Source of the DNA: Eimeria praecox
Taxonomy: Eukaryota
Assembly (NCBI GenBank): GCA_963920595.1
Contig: OY986947.1
Span: 5,084,001-5,148,000 of the forward strand
Length of the DNA: 64,000 bases
Reading direction: 5' to 3'
Shown here piece after piece: positions 12,601-26,238 of this stretch; position 1 is the first letter of the stretch; each line of letters begins with the position of its first letter. The translations under genes and the position numbers were made by a program. The notes below the pieces were generated by a model, which was not told the DNA's origin, searched no databases, and saw only the letters and a program-made list of their open reading frames with translations.

Positions 12601-15600
12601 CAGCCCCCACGTCCGAACCTCCGCTAGCAAGCCCAGCTGACGTGTCCCATTCGCTCAAACCGAGCAGCAAAAACTCGCGTGAGTAGCCTTCAGAGGAAAC
12701 ACACACTTCAAAAATACAGGAAATGTACTGGCTCGTACAGCGTACCTTACACAACTGCAAGGCAGCACTGTTCTATTCTCAATGAAGTGGCGAACAAGGA
12801 CTGTACTGTGTACAAAATATGGCGGGACTGGCCTCACTTCCCGGGTAAAATGGGCCGTTGCTGTGAAGAATAGACTGCTCCGATATGCGGCAAACGCGGG
12901 CTGTACTCGGGCGGCCATGCTGCCTCCTGCGGCTTCTCCCTTCTTTATCTAAGGTTAAAAATGCCTTAAGGAAACGATGCGACACGCTACAGAAATGCCG
13001 TTCGTGCGGAGCACAAAGGTCGTCTGTACAGCCACTACCTGCCCGTCCTACCTCAATGTTACCAGGAAAATCTGACTGAAGAATAGAGAAGTGTTCCCTG
13101 CCGTCGTTTCGCTGATGCAGTGGATGGCACCGGCGCCAGAAATGCGGAGGATCGTCCTCCGGCTTTACCGAATGAAAATGAGAGGCAGTGTCCTTCATAT
13201 TGGAAAAGGAACCTTTGCTCGCTCTGGATGAGTTCTTCGTTGTGTCCTTCCACTCACTTTCATCCTCCCTTGGAGAAGGGTCTCCAACAGTAGTTGGGCG
13301 CGCCGGAGCTTCTGCCGGTAGCTTCGAGTCGCTCCCCAGGTGATGCTCTGCTTCATCAAGTTCTGCCTGCTGGATTTCCAGTAACCTGCTTGCCGCTGAT
13401 ATCGCCAGCGATATGATATCTTGCAGGCAGCTTGCGCTCACGAAGCCTCCCCCTGCAGCGTGTTGCGTTTTCTCCGCTGCTTCCAGCAGCTGCTCCTCTA
13501 TTTGATCCTCATCCTCTACAGACCAAGCGCAAGTTACTGCATTCGGCTGTTGGGCATCAGGCAGGTTCCATCCAATAGCGGTACGAGTTTTTTGGTCGTC
13601 GGCGAAGGGGAACATGGACGCCCACAAGGGCTGGTTGATGCATTCAAGTTCAGGCCCCCTCAACTCTCCCTGTCTCTTTCCAGTTGCCCTTATACTGATT
13701 CCATCAGTAGCTCTGTGAATCCACTGCAACAGTGCTCTGCGATGACTGTCCCCAAAGACAAGGAGCTGGACCCTTCTGGCGTTGGGTTGTGCATGCACCA
13801 GACCACAACATCGCCAGTAGGCGCTCACAATCTGTGTCGCCTCCGCTGCTGCTTTTAGCAACCTGTTTTCATCATCACTAGTTTCTACGAGGCCACTCCC
13901 AGATTTCCTGGAATGTGATTGTGCCAGCTCAGTTGCAGCTGCAGCCGTTAGACTGTCAACCGCTTCTTCTACAAGGGACGTCCACACAGATGCCGTAGGC
14001 GCGTGGTATTGTTTCTGTTCTTCCAAGTGGCGTAGAAGGCCACGACCCTTTGGCCTCTTGGAGTTACCACGAGCCTGTTGCTGTCGCGCCTGTACCTGCT
14101 TGCTACTATAGAACTCCTTCACAGCTTCTGCGACTCCCTGTATGTCCGTAGGGAGCAAGGCGCGGCAGCCGCTGCTAAGCAGAGGGCCAAGCAGCTCCTG
14201 CACTCTGATGAGAGGCCCCAAAGGTACCCCAGGGCTAATCCCTTTGAAATCGAAATCCCAGCCTTCACAGAGTAGCAGGTCCGACAGAGGTACAGGGTTC
14301 TTGACACTGAGAGAAAAGAACTGCAGGGGCCCCAAACAGCTGGCAAGCCTTCCGCTAAATGAAGGATGCATGAATATCGTGGTAAGATCCTCCCTAGCCC
14401 TATCCATCATATCCATATCCGAGCGAGCAGTCGGCCAGTTACCCTGCTGCTCACATACCAGTTGCCGCGCTTCGTGTGGTCTCTCCAACAACGTCGCATA
14501 CATCAATTGAATCAATCGTCGCGTCGTTCGAGTCTGAGCAGCGAATAGAAGAAGTCGGCATATAAACCCTTCAAGATCCCTCATGGCTTCCAGCCACTCA
14601 AAGGAGGAGACAGCGTGACGGCTTCCTCCCCCTGATGGAAAGTTAGCCGCAGGGACACTACTTGCTCCAGAATATGCAGTAGGCCTCGACGTCCGCATGC
14701 TCTCAAACTGCGCAGCACACCATTTTCCAACCTGCGATTTTTCGAGGAACCCAGATGTTTCGAGTCGTTCTCCAAAGGATTCGAACTCTTCATATAGTTT
14801 TGCGTGGGACCGCCTCTGCCGGTCCACCCACGTCCTGAAGGAGTTATAGAGAAGAGCTCTTGGAGCATGTCCAGCAGCTCTCGAAGAGTTTCGGCATGCT
14901 AAATCAGAGAACAAAGCTAGTGGATTGGTCTCCCTCAGAAGCGCGACAGCCAGCCCTAGAAGGAACACCGCGCTACAGCTGCTTCGCAGTAGTAGACCCA
15001 CCTCCCCGAGGAAGAACTGCTGGGACCAGCGCTGCTTGACCAACTCTGTTTCACTGCCTAAACGAATATTGGCCTCACCTTCTAGGTGGCCTTGACGGAG
15101 TGAAGGAACTTCAGAATACCCTTCCGGAAACGAAACAGAACACACGCACCCCAATGCAGAATTGCCAGTGCACGGTTCTTCAATACGCTGATAAAATCTA
15201 CACTGCAGCCGCTTCCTCGAACAAATGTCTGGCCCCTCGGTAGGTGAGAATATGCCTAGGGATTCGGATGCCCCCGATGGGGAACGCCAAGAGCTTTTCG
15301 CAGTATCCGAACAGCTCTGTTTCAAAGCTTCGAGCAATGCGTCGCGACAAAGCAAATCCGGCCTCTCCCGGAACGCCTCGTGGCACAAAATGTTGAATGC
15401 AAAATGGGACTTGGGTTGTTGACCCATGTTAAATGGGGCCTGCATTGAGCCATCTCGCACTCTGCTGAAGCCGAAGGGCATGCACGCACAGGCAAGAACG
15501 AGCTGCAGGCGCCAAACAAGCCCTTCAATATCCCTTCCCGAAGCCTCCCTCGAAATAAATTCGCTGGTATGCGATGCCATACTCAAAAACGGTGGCATCG

Positions 15601-18600
15601 CTCTGCAAGACTCAGCACACCTCAAAATCCCAACACGGGCTAGTTTACGTGAGATGGATTGGTGCTGGGAAGCTGCATCTGCAACACCCTGAGCAGATAC
15701 CCCGCTCTCTGCGAGAAGACGCCTAAGCTTCCTCATCTCCTGCAGTGAATACGGAAACGTACTTTCACTCGGCGGCGCTACATCGCCCTGCTGCAATTTT
15801 TCTGCACTCAGTGTCAAATGATTCTGCAGTTGGTAAAGACGGTTGCCGTGTACCTTGTGAAGGTGCAGCATTGTCACAACATCGACACATATGTCACATG
15901 GAATGAATTCACCCCATATGAAGCTGTTTCTTTCGTGCGATTCTGTGCAATGTGGCTCTTCCAGCCAAGGCGCCTGCTCAGATCCGTCCATCTTTAAGGC
16001 TGGCCACTCCCCTGGCTCGCCCTTTGACCGATATTGTACGTGTATGCTGCGAGCAGCCGCAGGAAAGAGACGATCGCGTAGGCGGCAAGCAAAAGCAAGC
16101 CTCGCTGAGCGAGCCACCAGCCACCGCAGCAGTTCTGCATCAGGCAGTTTGGCCGTTTTCACTCCTCTTGCTGTGGCGCAAACAAACCCTCAAAGCTTGG
16201 TGATACCGCCCCACATCGCACGCAATGGGGAGCACGCTGCTTCTACCTATCCCTGCTGAGAGCACTCTGTCAGTTGCGACTCCGGAAACTCAGCAACTCA
16301 CGTTGGCATTCAAAAATGGTCTGTCTGTCGCTGAGAAGAAGCGACGCCGCCCACATGCCTGCTGGCAAAACTCCAAAAGCTTTGGAAAGAAGAACAATTC
16401 GAGCGACCTTCACAGGCAAGGCGAGAAAGCTTGCCAAGTGGCCAAGGGGCGTCATTTGCGTAAATAAAGAGGACGGGGACCGTAGCTTGAGGGCGCCTGC
16501 ATGAACAGGGCAACACCTTCTCCTTGTCGTGTGAGTGTTGCCACTTCTCTGTGCAAGTGGCCCGTCATTCAAGTGCAGCAAGGCCAATGCTTCAGAATAG
16601 TATAATGAGTGTTCGAGATAATATCTGTTGCTCACCTGATGCTTCCATGCTGCAGAGAGCCTCGTATACTCTGCCAACATCCGGCGGGTCTTGAGCTTGA
16701 GAAAGAAAAAAGAGAGAAGCATCAGTGCTCTCGCCAGGCATAGCTGCCATTATGTCCACAAGTACCTGAAACACGATATGCGGTAGCGAAGCAGGCAGAA
16801 TACTGAGTCCTCATTTGCACAGACCTTTGCAGCAAATAGAAACCAGAAGACTGCAGGAGGGTTTAGCTCACATCCTCCAAAGGAAGCCGCTGAAGCTCCG
16901 GAAGGGGAAATGGCTCAAGAGACTTGTATAGTTCTCGCGGTATCAAGCACAAGTACGTCCCCTCCCTGACACGTCCTGTAGCACCAGCATCTGGCTGTTT
17001 GCATCTTCCTTCAAATTCGTAGGTATTCCTCAAACGGCCATGAGCACTACCGTTCAGGTACGTCAGACCCACCAAATTAAGACAATATTTTCGCTGGTAT
17101 TTGGTAGGAAACCTACCCCAAAAGCAATAAACAGGATCTCATCGTGCTGCCAAGGCCGGCAACCATTGCTTACCCGTTCTTCCCCTGCGCTGGTCCAGTG
17201 CAGCGCGGCTCGCCCATCGCAGCTGCAAACGGTGAGCTTTGGTGACAGCATGCACGTGCTTCTCCTGCAGTGGAGGCAGATTTGCAGCCCGCAATATACC
17301 GTACTCCCCTTGTTGAAATCAACAACTGTTCTGTTCTGAGGGAACAAAAATGTGCTATTTGTTAACACTATTTCGCAAAGCGTTAAAAGATGCGCAAAGC
17401 GAGCTGCGCAGACCCACCTTCACAAGTGCAAAGTCCAGGACAATGCAGACGTCTACGAAAGTAATGCTGCTCTCCGCAATGTTTGTGGCCAGAATAATCT
17501 TCATGCACGTCGAACTTGGGGCATGCTGTTTAGCGTGCTTCAAGTCTTCAGTCTCGGCATCACGATGAATGCGCAAGATCTGCAGATCGACCCTCAGCTG
17601 CACTGGCCCTTCACATTCTCGGATAATGTCAGGTCTAATGCGTCCTTGTGGATCATCTCGAACACTGTTTAGGGCCATCGCGGCCTCGGCTTTTGCTTGG
17701 TCCAGCGCTTGCCCCATGCGTGAAATCTCAGGCTTCCCTGCGCCGTAAACAGTAAACGCAAAGTTGCCCTCTTTACACAACAGCCGAAGGTCCTCCATCC
17801 CGAATTATTCAACTAGGAGTGGCAGAACGACACGCTTGCGCCAGCAAGACGCGCTGTTTCGCGCTATGTAGCAGCAGGACCTTCAAGAAATCACGCACTT
17901 ACCAGGAAGGAACACGAGGACGCCCGGCTGGGGAGCATTTCGAAGTAAGCACTGGACGTGAATCAGCAGCAGTAGACGCGCCGCGTTCTCGACACACCAG
18001 TAATTTAGTCTGGGTTTGTCAAAGCAGAAGTCATCACCCCTGGCAGGCACTTCACCTTCGTTCAACTCGCTGCCAGCCTCACCGTGCCAAGGAGAGTCAA
18101 AGTGGGCTGCGTCTCCCGTGCTCGAACTGGTTCGCGTCTTCCGTTCATCCATGAAGGTTTGTTGTGCCGCCATGGAAAATATGCTACCACTTTCAGGGTC
18201 TATACCCATATAGCGTAGTAGCGTTGGGCTTGCAACATCCAGAAGTTCTGCTGCTGTGGCGGTCATGCTGCAGCGCGCTAAATCCACAATGTCGTCCCAA
18301 AATAGCTCCTCTACAGGAAAGTTGGTTCGTCTCGCCACTTCCACGCAGTTCCCTTTCGCACGTGCTGTTCCCGATATCTGCCTCCAACGCTGCCTCGAGC
18401 ACGAGGGCCTTGATGGCGTCGAAATGCGCTGCCCTCGGAATATGGTGGCCAAATCATTGGAGCGACGGGTCTTCCACAAACGAGCCAGTTCGCTCAGTGG
18501 AGTCACCAAGCTCCTAGCCCACCCAATCAGACGCTCCCGCTCCCTCATTTCGTATCTCTTCTTCTCCCCGGCGGTTAGGCCTGCCGCGCATTGGGGGGAT

Positions 18601-19984
18601 GCTGAATGTATTTCCTTTAAACAAGAGGCCTGCAGCTCCCCCTTTACTCGCAGTAGGCATGCTCTTTCCTTCCACGCTGCATGCTCCGCTTCAAAAATAT
18701 TCAAACTCTCCCCCGCAAGGAAAGCAGAGAAGTCGCTCGCGCTGATGGTGGCAGACATCACAACTATGCGAAAAACAGGCAGCTGCATTCGAGCACGAAC
18801 AGCGGCCGCTGTCATATTCACCGCAAGGCACTTGAGCAGCAATAAAGCCATATCGCAGTCCATTGTTCGTTCATGCACTTCGTCAACCAGCACGAAATCG
18901 TATGGGAAAATTGACTCCAACTTGTGGGCTGAAGCCAGCCAGTCGGTAGTTGAAAATCCGCCGCAGAATGCCTTCTCAACCAGGTATAGCTGGCGGAGAG
19001 CACCAGTGACATACTTTCGGAGCATGCCGGCTGTCACGAACAGCAAACGAGTTTCATTTGATTTGCATGCCTCTTCGTGGCCCACATGGTAGCCAACTGT
19101 TTGTCCTGAACGCATGTCGCCATGGTAAGCAGTGCCTTGTCTGCGGCCTGCGGCCTACATGCACTTTATGGTGTCCTTATTGCAAGGAGAATGTGATAAC
19201 AATCCTATGAGAGTGCATCGACTGGTATACACAGGTAGTTGTGCGCGGCTCTAGTGCCAGAACTTTACTTCGAGCTTACCGAGTTTATCATCTCCGAGGA
19301 GCTGCCTGAGGCGCTCAGCAGCCATCTGTGTCGCAATACGCCTAGGTAACGCTATCAAAAGTCGCGCATTCTTGTGCTGTAGCAAGAGAAGCAGCGGTAC
19401 GATTGTTGTCTTTCCGCACCCAGTTGAGCCTGTTGACGGACAAGGAATCGGCACCTACTTCCAGGAAAACTCGTCCAAAAAGGTATCTACGGATTAGAGG
19501 GCTGCATGCATCAGCAGTGCCAAAACGACATCCGCTGAAGTGTTCGGTGAAACCTTACCGGTGATAACAGTCACAAGGTTAGCTCGGATGGTTTTCAGCA
19601 GTTCTGCACCTATTGTCAATGCAGGAAGAGCCAAATTCGACGATACGGCAGCCTCCACGGAGTCTGTGAGATGCATTGGTGGAAACTGCAGTCCAGGTAC
19701 GCGCAATTACCGCAAAGAGCGAACGCTGCCTGCTGACCTCATAAGGCGTTTGCACAGCCGGTGAGTAACTTCCCAAATGTGCAAGACACCGGGGAAGCGT
19801 GTGGTAGGTTTTGACTTGCCTGCATGCCGAAAAGGTGCCTGAAGTCGAAACGGCTGTCGTGAGGCAGCGCGAGGCGCTCTGGGGGGCCATCGGGCTGTCT
19901 TCGCCAAATGGGTACCCAAGGGAAGAACCCTGCTGGGCCCATCGTATTGGGTGCAGAAGCACAATCAATTACTGAATGCTTCAT
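9632..19984 (-). CDS. DExH/RHA-family RNA helicase (Spindle-E/TDRD9/DExH8-like motifs) with a very long C-terminal extension; multi-exon
   Basis: Motifs occur in order on the minus strand: GSTGCGKTT (~19410), LPRRIA, VGYHVGH, FVTAGML, VDEVHER, VMSATI, VLVFLPG (17883-19115) and KIILATNIAESSIT..V..VLDFAL (~17420-17500). Exon 17174-17222 (LRWASRAALDQRRGRTG) splices to RVREGTYLCL to complete motif VI. HA2-like segments follow (QDPPDVGRV; MTPLGHLASFLALPV at 16300-16700), then long exons 12779-16162 and 9632-12760. The start codon and the joining of the last two long ORFs are uncertain. Confidence 0.85.
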
Positions 19985-21169
19985 ATGTCCCCCGTAAGCT
20001 ATGTCGCTACCGCTACTTATTATTATCTCTCTAGACCGCTGACCAGCAGATAGTTTGCCCGACGGTGATCCCGAGAATGAATGCCTCCTCTCTGGGAGGA
20101 GTTAACGCCTTGGATCGCAAGTTATGCATGGCATTTAAACATATTTGGTCAGGAGATAAGGAGTTCAAAACCAAGTAGAAGGGAACCGGCAAACGCGGAA
20201 GGCCATGTGGTCCGGTGATGAGGCAAGGCGGGCGGTGAGAAACTAAATTGTCTCTGGAGTATTTTGATCCAGAAACCGCAGGTCATATGATTTCCCCAGT
20301 GGAATAGCGAATTTCAAGAACTTGTGTCTGTCACTATGGGTTCTTCGTTTACCGCAATTACGGGGCTACTTTACCTGCATGCTAAGACGGTATATCGGAG
20401 TGTAAGTGGGTTTGTCTATAGCTTCGTCTCACTGCTCGCTAGCTACTTCAGATATACCACTTTTACGAAATAAGTAAAAATCATTTAGAAGAAAGGGGCA
20501 ATATGCCTCTAGTTGAGTGGCCGCGCAGAAGACCATTGCGCAGCACCGGATCGATGCTTAATTTGACCAGCATCCAGCCCACCCAATGTCTTCTACCGTA
20601 CAGCTTTAATAAGAATGGAAAGCTCAGTGTACAGTGATATGGGGGACATTACCCTTCCAGAATTCCTACAATGCTGGCCGGCATGCTTCCGTCACCCGAT
20701 GGGCAAGCTGCACGTGGTTCTATGGGTTGGGAAGAGTTCGATGTGAAAGAGCATCAAGGCGTATATCATCCAAGTTTTCAGCAATGGTAATGTTGGGCAG
20801 GTTCCCCAGCAGCGCATGCTTTCGTGAGACGCAGTTCGTGTGCGCCTTCCATTGGATTAGCAGCCGCTTGGTTTTATGATGGAAAGTGTTCTAACGTGCA
20901 TTCAGAGCAAAGGCTAGCTTTCAAGCTGTCCATGTACGTTTGGTGCGTTGGCTAACACTCAAAAGGCAAATAGTTTTGTCAAGCCAAAGCACACCGTGAA
21001 ACAAGCCATTGTCCAAAAGGAAGAATATATGGCACGGCACAAAGCCTGTGCCGTAATTCACGCAGGGTCTGGCCAGGACTCCATAGGTTTCCACTACTTT
21101 GCCGATTGCTTGGCGCATGGCTCCCTTGTTGGCATGGATATTCAGTGCTTCTCAATGCAAGCTTTAGTC

Positions 21170-24100
21170 TCAGGCTTCCCTGTTGGTGTTACGATTGAGG
21201 AGTTTAGCAGCCATCAAGCTATAGGGCAGCGCAGTCCTCAACACATCTGCATCAGGGCAGAGTTGGGCTCCGACACCTTCTAGAACAGACATTGCCACAA
21301 CAATCTGCGACGCACATAATAAAGATGTTCATATGCATTCAGCGTTGAGCGTTCGCGTACGTTGCCAGTTTTGCCAGATTCATTGCGGAAGGCAGGTGCT
21401 GAAGCTTACGGAGACGAACGAGGGGTCTAGCTCCACGCAGTACTTTTTTGATACAGATAGCATATGCCCCATCAACGACGTGAACCGGACACGACTCATC
21501 TGCAGAGAGTTTCCTTCCTAATAAGCAACGATTCAAAGCACACCAGGCAGCAATGCCCTGGAATGAGCTGCACACGACGGACTACATAGAGATCAAATTG
21601 CTCCTCTGACGCCCCTCACGCGGCCCACCTCGAAGTGATGATCATTAATCAACTGCTCGACTTCGGAGCAAAAACCCTCTTTATCCTGGCATGAGCTTCT
21701 CTTAGCCCTCTCAAGCATCGCTAAGGCTGTGCCATGGCCGCACACAAACACACACTGTCAGGGCTACGACCCAGTACCCAGTAGGCGTTTGCGTTACAGT
21801 GGGGCATTTCAGGTCCTGACTGGCCTGTTGACACCTATAGCAAGCTCACGGGGATGTAGGGGATCCAAAGCAAGAAACAAGCATCTTTTTCTACATTGCT
21901 TCACACACATTTCTAAGTTCAGTTATAAGCTTTGCCACGCCCCCGCCAATGCACGGTCTGCGTTTCCCGGTATGTCAATATGAGTGTCCACAAACCTGCC
22001 TCCCGTCCTCGTTTCCTTGCTATGGCTTCGAGAAGGGTGACGAAATTAACTCGGTCAGCTTGGTCTAGAGAGCTAGCAAGACCACAGTCCAGTACAACCA
22101 ATTCCAGTGGGCCTGAGGCGCACCCATTGCATCAGCCGAAGATGCAATGTAAACAACTAAGCCTTCGGACTACGCTCATGCTCAGGGAAACCAAAGAAGG
22201 CTTGATTCTGCGGATTCAATTCCAACCTCCCATCGAGCTGTCGAAAGCAGATGTAAGGCTGACCGTCAAGATGTGAAGCATCTGTGGCCAACCCAGTTGG
22301 CAAGGTTGCAGGCAAGACAGGGAATATGAGCTGCATTGACACAAAACAGCCCCCGAGAACCTTCTTCAAATGAAAACTATCCGAACGACCAACTTCTGCC
22401 GCAGCATACAGGCAACCCGCATTCTTGCAGAGGCAGTTGCGCAAGGGCACGACAGTACCTCTTTGTTTTTGTGGGCAAAGCGGCACAGTAAGTTGCCGCT
22501 GTGCATATCGCCATGGAAAAAGTTGTCCAGGAACACCATTTGAAGGAACGAATGAAGGCAGATCATTCCAACGCTGTTGAAGCGCTGAAATTTTGCAGAC
22601 GCAGGATAGATGGCAAGCGCACACACACACACAGAACAACGCAATGAACGAGAAGCTTCGAAGCAAGAACCCCTGAGTAGCGGGCTTTCGGTTGGAAGTC
22701 TATACCTCTATTATCTTTAGCGCGGCGGGGGTGGGAAACGCCACTTGACTGTCACCCTGCTCTTGTTTAGGCCCCCCGATGCCCCGATCTCCCCGCATGT
22801 AACACTTATCGCGTGAAGACTCTTCTAGTTCTTGTATTTCAGCTCTAGTTTTGAATAGCTGGTTGAGAGTGAAGCCGGACTCAAGCGTCATGACAATCAC
22901 TTCGCTGCTGCTTAGAGCCTCGAACGGGTAAGGAAAAGTAACCTGACGGCGCATACCAAGTATCTTCCTCGACAAGGATCCGAGTATGTTGATGTGGTTT
23001 TGTTCTGCCTTCCCCTCTACCGTCGGAGCTGCAGGTTCTATGGTCCCGCTAGCCCGCCTGCATCTATTACGCAGAGGTAGCAGGTCATCAGGAATAGGAA
23101 TTGTTGAAAGCCCAAAATTTGAGCGGAAGAGTTTCAGATGCTTTTCCTCCAGTCCAAAATCCAGTTGCCGGCGCATTGCCACTGCAAACTCTTCCACGCT
23201 GCAGGAGACATTCACAGCCGCTACTACTTCAGAGTAGAACTACGGGCAAGCGAGCAAATGCAGGCATTCAGATGGCGAACTTGGTGGTTTCAGTGATTCG
23301 TACACCTGCTTCACGCCAATAATACCGCACCAAATCAGCTGTTTCAGTTGCACCTTAGCAGCCAGTACCCAAGCCTACCGGATGAACAGTGGCTATAGCC
23401 TGCACGACTGTACACCGTTGCGTCACTTTGCCGCTGCTTCTGAGATGTGTCCCCATAGTACAGCTTGATATTGCAGCCACCGTTGCGTCATTAAGATATC
23501 ATCTCACCATGCGGCGGAACCCCCTTTTCTGCGCAGACGTAGCTGCCTCCTCACCTTTTTTTCAAAGCAACAAACCCAAAAGCGGGCAGATACTGAAGCA
23601 CTGAGGCGATAAGCAACATGAGGCGGAGGTCTGCAAAGTTGTCACGACAGACGAAAGGGGCACAGAAAAGTCAACTGTCCGACGACTGAAGGCAGCCTCT
23701 CCTAGTTAGCAGCTGTGCATCTCAGTGTAAACACGAAGGCTTGCCGCACCGAATTCCATCGCTTCTCGCACTCCAGGCCTCATAACCTTCACTGCAACGG
23801 CAACCGGGGGCAGCTTGTCCCTGCTGCCGATTTCTGCAGCTGCAGACTTCAACTGGCTGCCGCCTAGAACAAAGGCATGGTCGAGGAAAGTGCGTTTTGA
23901 CTGTTCACTTGCTTCGTTCGACAGCAAAAGGTATGCGCGGTAAACCTGGGCAATGCAGCCGCATCCGATTGGCCTAAATGCAGAAGGTAAACTCATGTGT
24001 TGCACGCTCACTTTGCTTTCACAGGCACATGAAGGACTGAATCAGCAGGTAAGAGAACCAATGCTTATCCCAAGATGAGCCCTGATGGCAGCAACGGTGC

Positions 24101-26238
24101 GTGCAGCTTACGTCGGATCGAGCAGCAAGTGGCGTGTCACATCGTTGCCAAATTGTTCACGGAGAAGGAGAGCGGCTCGGGGGTAAGAGAAGGGACGAAC
24201 TGATGTCTGCAGTCTGCAATACGCGGGCAAGAGCAGACGAAACCCTCGATACCAATTTGAATAGATCTTTGTACGCAGCACGGTGCTCAACAACTTTTTT
24301 CGACAACATCCTTACCTTGCACAGCGCGAGCAGAGGGATTCAGGAAATAAGTCCGGCCGTGTAGCAATCCACTGCAAACAACAGAAAGGAAGACAGCTAC
24401 TTCAGTCCAAAGAAATGTCACTGACACGCCACTAGAATCGAACTCGGGTCAGAAGAAGTCTGCTGATTTGCCGACCGCCAACTAAGCAAAGAAATGTCAA
24501 GTACCTGCAAAAATTTCACGTAGGTTGGCCCTGCGGCGGATGCCGCCGCCGTGACAGCCGTGAAGATTATTTCTTCCAATTCGCGCTGCGCAACAGCTTC
24601 CCAATGGAGTACCCAATTACCCCTCAAACCCACCGTCCGCAAACAAGCTGACAGGTACGGCAACCCAAGAAGCCAGAATCCTGCGGTGGCGGCAGTGAGC
24701 GCTAAAGGCACAACATATAGTAGCCTCAGCAGAACAGACCCGATCGTTCGGAAAAATTGCGCGAGTGCACTATACGATGCCGCCAACCACCCGCAAGTCT
24801 TATGAACATCAGGTTCACTGTAAGCTGCGTTGGCGTCAAACAGCTTCGGTTGCCCTGGGTGATACTGGACCCCAGAGGAGCACTGTGCACTTCCGGCTAA
24901 GCCCCCCACCAAAGCCTTTCGGCAGGAAGCAGAACAGTGAATGGCCCAGCTCCGTCTTTCCGAAACAGCACTACGCTCGCCGTCCGCATGCTTTTCACCA
25001 AGTTCCCGCTGCCCAGATAATTGTTCTTCCACAGACAGAATGTTACGCGTGCTTCCTGTGCCGACACTACTGCAGACCTTGTCCTTAGGCAACCTGGTAT
25101 TTCCAATAGCCTGCTTAACGGAGGAGCCCACGCGTGTGAGATGGTACTGCAAAACAAGCCAGAGGCGCTGTGCGGCGTCTTCCAGGCGCGAAAGGCTTCC
25201 GAAAACGCTATCGGCCGCCCCTCCACGTTGCTCCGTTGGGCGGCTGAAGTACTGCTGCAACGCTTCAAGCCCCCTACCTATCAATATAACTGTGTGAAGG
25301 ACTGGTCGCCAGGGATGACAGGCTCCCCAGCATAAGCAGTTCACGTCCTCACGGTCATACTTAGCCGTTATGTAGTGAGCAGCGGGACCGTCGCCTGTCT
25401 TAGGTGCACCGGAGTCGTTAGTGCTTATGCCTTCGTAAGACGCATCCCCGTCCCTGCTCCACTTGATTGGGAATACAAAAGCAGCAGCTGCAGCTGCCAT
25501 TGTAAGGGCTGGTGTGCGCTTTGCAGCGCGGCAGCGCTGGGTTCGAGGGTCATTGTGTGGCATAGGCCGTCCTAATGGACGCCCCGAATGATCGGATGGG
25601 CTTGTGTGCACGTTTGCACGCGCTGTACAGCTATTCAGTTGATGGAAAATCGACAACGGCTTAGCATCTTTCCGCTCCTCTTGTGTCCTAAAGGTGTGTG
25701 GTGGTGAGATGTGCTCCGCACCACAGCAGAAGGGCGGCCGCACATAATCAAGGGCATCTCGTCTCAGATGAAATTGAGGGTAAGCGACGCGCATTCCCCC
25801 AAATTTTTCGGCTCCTTTACAAGTCCCTGGGGTGCCGACACAGCAGAAACCTGCCACTCCATGTCGTAATGGAATCTGGATGATGTAGCCGCATTTGTTC
25901 AAGTATTCGTGGCGAAATAGATGAATTGAACTGTCCGTTGTTTTGTAATGGAGCCCTATGGCAACGAGGGCACAGTTGTAGTGCCACGATGGCAGGCGTC
26001 CAGCAGTGCGGATTTCGAAGTCCCGCGGGGTCGTGCTGGTAATGGTTTGAGCCTCCTGGACAGCAGCAAAGTCCTTCTCTTCTGGTGTTCGGCAATCAAC
26101 ACAAGTTTCATCACACGTTCTTGGGGGGTTTCTCCTAATGGTTCCTGATAAGCTGTAGCCAATGATGTTGCCAAGGCGTCCCCTGAATCCGAGTGGGCAG
26201 AGATCTACACGGCGCGCTGCTCGGGTTAGCAGATTCAT
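21170..26238 (-). CDS. ABC1/UbiB atypical protein kinase (ADCK2-like); multi-exon
   Basis: Motifs: GPTYVKFLQ (~24510-24535), PIGCGCIAQVYRA and VAVKVMRPGV (23760-23980), QLDFGLEEKHLKLFRSNF, VTFPYP, VIVMTLESG (22700-23215), MVFLDNFFHGDMHSGNLL (~22490-22540), LVVLDCGLASSL (~22070-22105). The final exon reads IVVAMSVLEGVGAQLCPDADVL...NREA* with the stop at 21170. The start codon is uncertain. Confidence 0.88.

Noticed and set aside
18256..19092. 278-aa plus-strand ORF and many other antisense ORFs over long exons
   Set aside because: These are shadow ORFs opposite well-supported coding exons and carry no motifs.
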